NCBI GenBank assembly: GCA_043816345.1
Contig: JBDRIA010000013.1
Location: 1-59,730 of the forward strand
Origin: Chloroflexota bacterium
Lineage (GTDB): Bacteria > Chloroflexota > Dehalococcoidia > Lucifugimonadales > UBA2985
DNA length: 59,730 bases
Direction: 5' to 3'
Program-made: the position numbers and the translations under genes
Notes under the pieces: generated by a model
Told to the model about the DNA's origin: nothing
Database searches by the model: none
Seen by the model: the letters and a program-made list of their open reading frames with translations, nothing else
Shown: positions 56,039 through 59,730 of the stretch, piece after piece
Layout: the number at the start of each line of letters is the position of its first letter
How positions within the stretch are numbered: the stretch's first letter is position 1

Positions 56039-57217
56039 ATGAAGTTCGCCAATCGCATAGACCAGCTGCCGCCGTACCTGTTTGTGGAGATCAGTCGCAA
56101 GATAGCCCAGAAGCGGGCCGAAGGGGTCGACGTGGTCACCTTCGCTATTGGTGACCCGGATATTCCGACTCCGTCTCACATCTTGAATCGCCTGCACGAG
56201 GCGAGCAATGACCCTCCCAATCATCGCTATCCGGAGTCGGAGGGCCTGCCGGAGCTGCGCCGTGCCATTGCCCAGTGGTATGAGAGCCGCTTCGGTGTGG
56301 TTCTGGACCCGGACAAGGAGGTGCTGCCCCTCATCGGTGCCAAGGAAGGCATTGGGCACGCCGCCCTGTGCTTCATAGACCCCGGGGATGTGGCTCTTGT
56401 CCCGGATCCCGGCTATCCCGTCTACTCCGTGGGTACCCTTTTCGCCGGGGGTGAGTGTCACTGGATGCCCCTGCTGGAGGAGAATCAATGGCTTCCAGAC
56501 CTGAAGGCCATCCCTACGGACGTGGCAGAAAAAGCCAAGGTCCTGTGGATCAACTATCCCAACAACCCTACAGGTGCGATTGCCGGAGAGGGGTTCTTCG
56601 AGGAGGTGGTGGCCTTCGCCCGTCGCTACAATATTCCTGTGCTCCACGATGCCCCATACACGGAGGTAGCCTACGACGATCATAGGCCCGCGAGCTTCCT
56701 ACAGGTGCCAGGGGCCAAAGAGGTGGGCATGGAGTTTCACTCTCTGTCCAAGAGCTACAATATGACTGGGTGGCGCATAGGCATGGCCGTGGGGAATGCC
56801 GACATGATCAATGCCCTGATGCGGGTGAAATCCAACCTGGACTCTGGGATACCCCAGGCAATCCAGTATGCCGCAATAGAGGCCCTGCAAGGTCCCCAGG
56901 ACTGTATCCAGGAGCACAACCGAATATACCAGAGACGCCGAGACAAAGTGGTGGCAACGCTGAGGCAGATAGGGCTGGAGGTGGCCGTTCCGAAGGCCAG
57001 CCTCTATGTCTGGGCCAAACTTCCCCCGGGATGGAAATCGGGAGCCTTTTCTGCTCTGCTGATTGAGGAGAAGGACATTGTGGTGACGCCTGGGGCCGGC
57101 TACGGCAGATATGGCGAGGGGTACATTCGACTGTCTCTGACCATCGCCGATGACCAGCTAGAAAAGGGGCTGGAACGCCTGGCGTCCTGGCGGATACCCG
57201 ACCCGCCCTCCAGCTAG
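56039..57217 (+). CDS. dapL: LL-diaminopimelate aminotransferase
   Basis: MKFANRIDQLPPYLFVEISRK.. N-terminus and class-I aminotransferase SLSKSYNMTGWRIG PLP-lysine motif. Confidence 0.9.
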   Translation: MKFANRIDQLPPYLFVEISRKIAQKRAEGVDVVTFAIGDPDIPTPSHILNRLHEASNDPPNHRYPESEGLPELRRAIAQWYESRFGVVLDPDKEVLPLIGAKEGIGHAALCFIDPGDVALVPDPGYPVYSVGTLFAGGECHWMPLLEENQWLPDLKAIPTDVAEKAKVLWINYPNNPTGAIAGEGFFEEVVAFARRYNIPVLHDAPYTEVAYDDHRPASFLQVPGAKEVGMEFHSLSKSYNMTGWRIGMAVGNADMINALMRVKSNLDSGIPQAIQYAAIEALQGPQDCIQEHNRIYQRRRDKVVATLRQIGLEVAVPKASLYVWAKLPPGWKSGAFSALLIEEKDIVVTPGAGYGRYGEGYIRLSLTIADDQLEKGLERLASWRIPDPPSS

Positions 57218-57290
57218 GAACCCAAGGAGGTAATCAACTACGCCCAAGGCTATCATATCTACGAAGGTCCGCCCGGAAAGGGCTATTCTG

Positions 57291-58436
57291 GTGGGAATGG
57301 AGATCAAGGGTGCTCCTCACCTTTGGACGTTAGAGGACTCGCTGGAGGAACTGGGGCTACTGGCCCATACCGCGGGCGCCGAAGTGGTGAGCACCCTCAC
57401 CCAGCGTCTGGACAAGCGTACTCACACCTATGTGGGTAAAGGAAAGCTTGAAGAGATACAGGTCCTGCGGGACAACTTGCAAGCCGACGTAGTGATATTC
57501 GACGACGAGCTGACACCTACCCAGCAGAGGAACCTGGAACAAGCACTGGATGTGAAGGTCATTGATCGCACCGCTCTTATACTGGACGTGTTTGCCAGGC
57601 GGGCCCAGACCCACGAGGGGCGATTGCAGGTGGAGCTGGCCCAGCACGAGTACTTGCTGCCCCGGCTGGTAGGCCAGTGGGCCCACCTGGAACGACTGGG
57701 CGGAGGTATAGGCACCCGGGGGCCTGGCGAGACTCAGCTGGAAACGGACCGCCGCCTGATACGCAACAAGATTCAAAAACTGAAGCGAGAGCTGGAACAG
57801 GTGCGCCAGCAACGTTCCCTCTACCGGCAGCGCCGGCAGCGCCAGGGCGTACCTGTGTTGTCCCTGGTAGGATACACGAACGCTGGAAAGAGCACTCTGC
57901 TCAATGCCCTTAGCAACGCGGGGGTAGTGGCGGAGGACAAGCTGTTCTCCACACTGGACCCCGTTACCAGGAAAATACGACTCCCAGACAACCGGTCTTT
58001 TCTGCTTACGGATACCGTAGGTTTCATCCAGAAATTGCCACCCCTGCTGGTGGCCGCCTTCAGGGCGACCCTGGAAGAACTGGAAGAGGCTGATGGGATC
58101 CTCCACGTCATTGATATAACGCACCAGAATGCACCGGAGCAAGTCCAGGTGGTGGATGATCTGCTGGCCGAGCTCCATCTGGAAGGGAAAGCCCGGATTC
58201 TGATCCTGAACAAGATAGACCTTCTGATGGGCCGGGGCCAGGAAGAAGAGTATGCCAAACATCTCAGGACAGCATTGAACCAGGAGAGCGTTGTAACGGT
58301 ATCGGCGGCCAAGGGATGGGGCCTGGACCATCTGCTGAAGGCCATTGGGGAGATGTTGGCTCACCAGAAGGGCCAGCAGCACGACGCGCCAGGGTTCTGG
58401 GCAAATCACCGCTATGATGGAAAGGAGCGTTCATGA
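57291..58436 (+). CDS. hflX: GTPase HflX
   Basis: [19 protein letters not shown] and NKID motifs. The start is uncertain because HflX-like residues are encoded upstream of the first canonical start. Confidence 0.9.
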   Translation: MGMEIKGAPHLWTLEDSLEELGLLAHTAGAEVVSTLTQRLDKRTHTYVGKGKLEEIQVLRDNLQADVVIFDDELTPTQQRNLEQALDVKVIDRTALILDVFARRAQTHEGRLQVELAQHEYLLPRLVGQWAHLERLGGGIGTRGPGETQLETDRRLIRNKIQKLKRELEQVRQQRSLYRQRRQRQGVPVLSLVGYTNAGKSTLLNALSNAGVVAEDKLFSTLDPVTRKIRLPDNRSFLLTDTVGFIQKLPPLLVAAFRATLEELEEADGILHVIDITHQNAPEQVQVVDDLLAELHLEGKARILILNKIDLLMGRGQEEEYAKHLRTALNQESVVTVSAAKGWGLDHLLKAIGEMLAHQKGQQHDAPGFWANHRYDGKERS

Positions 58437-58735
58437 CCCTGGAGGCAGACGGCCTACCCGCCAAGCCCTTTTTCAGCTGTAGTCCCGAGGGACTTGTCAT
58501 TGTGGACGCGGGAGAGATGAAGAACTCGCTACGGTTGGACTCCCTGGAGCCGTGGATGAATTTCAAGCATGGGGAAAACAACGTCATAGACACCATTCCC
58601 CGGAAAGTGGTGAGCTGGGACAGATCCCAGGTAACGATGGAATGCGAGGGCGGCACGGTGCACATCGACTTTGCGGAGGGAAGGGCACGGAAGGTTACAT
58701 CCGAGGGGGGAGTTCGTGTACTTGGGAACCATTGA
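58433..58735 (+). CDS. Hypothetical protein coupled to hflX
   Basis: ATGA overlap with the hflX stop. 100 aa. Confidence 0.45.
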   Translation: MTLEADGLPAKPFFSCSPEGLVIVDAGEMKNSLRLDSLEPWMNFKHGENNVIDTIPRKVVSWDRSQVTMECEGGTVHIDFAEGRARKVTSEGGVRVLGNH

Positions 58736-58903
58736 GGAGCGAAATGAGGGGAGGGGTTATATGGCTGTATCGCAGGGATAGGGGACAGGTGGTATATCTT
58801 CGCCCTATATAAGTTATGTCGAGTAGTTTGTCATGCAGATTGACATAATGTTAGGTGATTATTCCCTTAGGTCATGTACGTCAGGTGATGATATGGCTCT
58901 AAT

Positions 58904-59006
58904 GTCATTCTGAGCGAAGCGAAGAATCTAAAGCCTTCGCGTAAACGCAGCACTTCGCCTTAGATTCTTCGGTCGTCCTTCCGTGGAAGGACTCCCTCGG
59001 AGTGAC
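58904..59006 (-). mobile_element. Second full MITE copy (inverted relative to 50436..50538)
   Basis: GTCATTCTGAGCGAAGCGAAGAATC ... GTCCTTCCgtGGAAGGAC ... CTCGGAGTGAC. Confidence 0.8.
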
Positions 59007-59580
59007 CTACCCCCCAGCAAGCTGGGGGGCATCTGGCCGTGCTACCGCTTTTCAAACATGGCCAGTTGCCGAGGATTGTCCTCATGTCTTTGATACTTGA
59101 TGTATTTCCTGATCACGTCTGCCGTTACTTTGTCCCCTACACTCCTCACGAAGTACCCGTCACTCCATATCTTTCCCGACCACATCGCCTTCCTCATCTT
59201 GGGGAACTTCTTGTATACTTCACGTGCAGATATGCTCTTCAGTATCTGTACCAGTCGCGCAGGAGAATACGCCGGCGCCGCCTCGATGAATACGTGCACG
59301 TGGTCTTCCATAACCTCCATCGTATCTATATGAAACTCGTATTCCTCCGCAATCCGTTTAAACACCTCTTTCAGGTACTCGCTAACCTCCCCATCCAAGT
59401 CGTGTGCTCGATATTTCGGCACCCATACCAGATGGTACTTCAGATCGTATACAGCGTGTTTGGTCCTTCTTATCCCCACCCAGACTTTATATCATCTCCT
59501 CCACTGCCCAGACAATCCTTCCCTGCTCGCCTTACGGCGACCCGCTTTCCTCCCGTCAGCAAGCTGACGGGTATCCAGCG
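59007..59580 (-). mobile_element. IS200/IS605-family element (tnpA only, boundaries approximate)
   Basis: TnpA is flanked by two subterminal hairpins with the same apex: CCCCCCAG-caag-CTGGGGGG (59010..59029) and CCCGTCAG-caag-CTGACGGG (59552..59571). Confidence 0.7.
59042..59479 (-). CDS. tnpA: IS200/IS605 Y1 (HUH) transposase
   Basis: YHLVWVPKYR, the HUH motif DHVHVF, and the catalytic-Tyr region SDGYFVRSVG. Confidence 0.9.
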   Translation of the reverse strand: MGIRRTKHAVYDLKYHLVWVPKYRAHDLDGEVSEYLKEVFKRIAEEYEFHIDTMEVMEDHVHVFIEAAPAYSPARLVQILKSISAREVYKKFPKMRKAMWSGKIWSDGYFVRSVGDKVTADVIRKYIKYQRHEDNPRQLAMFEKR

Positions 59581-59582
59581 GG

Positions 59583-59730
59583 GTTTTCTATGACCTTATT
59601 CCCTACTGCCAGCACCACGAAGTCACCATCATCGCCTACAGCCCGCTGGCCCAGGGATTTTCCAAGATTTCCTCCAGGGACACGGACGGGGTGATGAGAG
59701 AAATTGCCCGGGAGACGGGGCATACTGAGG
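59583..59730 (+). CDS. Aldo/keto reductase gene fragment (5'-truncated, runs off the window)
   Basis: ..VFYDLIPYCQHHEVTIIAYSPLAQG.. is typical of the AKR C-terminal third. It begins right after the IS200 end. Confidence 0.6.

Noticed and set aside
57357-58409. 350-aa minus-strand ORF
   Set aside because: It is antisense to hflX, which carries clear GTPase motifs.

Overview
This is 59.7 kb of GC-rich bacterial chromosome. I guess a Chloroflexota/Dehalococcoidia-like organism, at low confidence. The guess rests on mraZ-rsmH-ftsA-ftsZ with no mur/ftsI/ftsW genes between them, LL-DAP aminotransferase dapL, archaeal-type apgM, and many short palindromic repeat elements. The backbone is ordinary housekeeping: HAD/NUDIX/SDR/NHL/hydrolase genes, an aldolase-glycerate kinase-hydroxyacid dehydrogenase cluster, thrC, two MFS transporters, tRNA-His, pepA, trmD, the dcw core, secDF, nfo, guaA, tsaC-rpiB-polyprenyl synthase, pgk-apgM-tpiA, miaA, dapF, dapL and hflX. 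Accessory DNA falls into four parts. (1) An IS-scarred island of about 7 kb (17.4-24.3 kb) between tRNA-His and pepA. It holds one intact IS4/IS5-like IS plus two truncated copies, an odd tRNA-like gene, an excisionase-like HTH, membrane ORFs sharing a 16-nt upstream motif, and a second FtsZ paralogue that lacks the C-terminal tail and follows a Cys-rich mini-ORF. (2) An island of about 4.4 kb (39.66-44.05 kb) behind a duplicated gene 3' end. It carries an RHH/SEC-C protein with palindromic operators, a PD-ExK nuclease, a Zn-ribbon DNA methyltransferase and a methylase remnant. (3) A 1.5-kb ParA-like two-gene cassette inserted into the 5' end of dapL between 87-bp direct repeats. (4) An orphan gene between tpiA and miaA. 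Other observations: a 103-bp MITE family whose core palindrome also sits in-frame inside tpiA, frameshifted degV (two shifts) and dapF (one shift), an IS110-like 3' end with a perfect 97-bp tandem duplication, and an IS200/IS605 element at the right edge. I saw no CRISPR array, rRNA, reverse transcriptase or integrase. The best candidates for an undescribed system are the island FtsZ-paralogue module and the ParA-like cassette. Their functions cannot be established from sequence alone.
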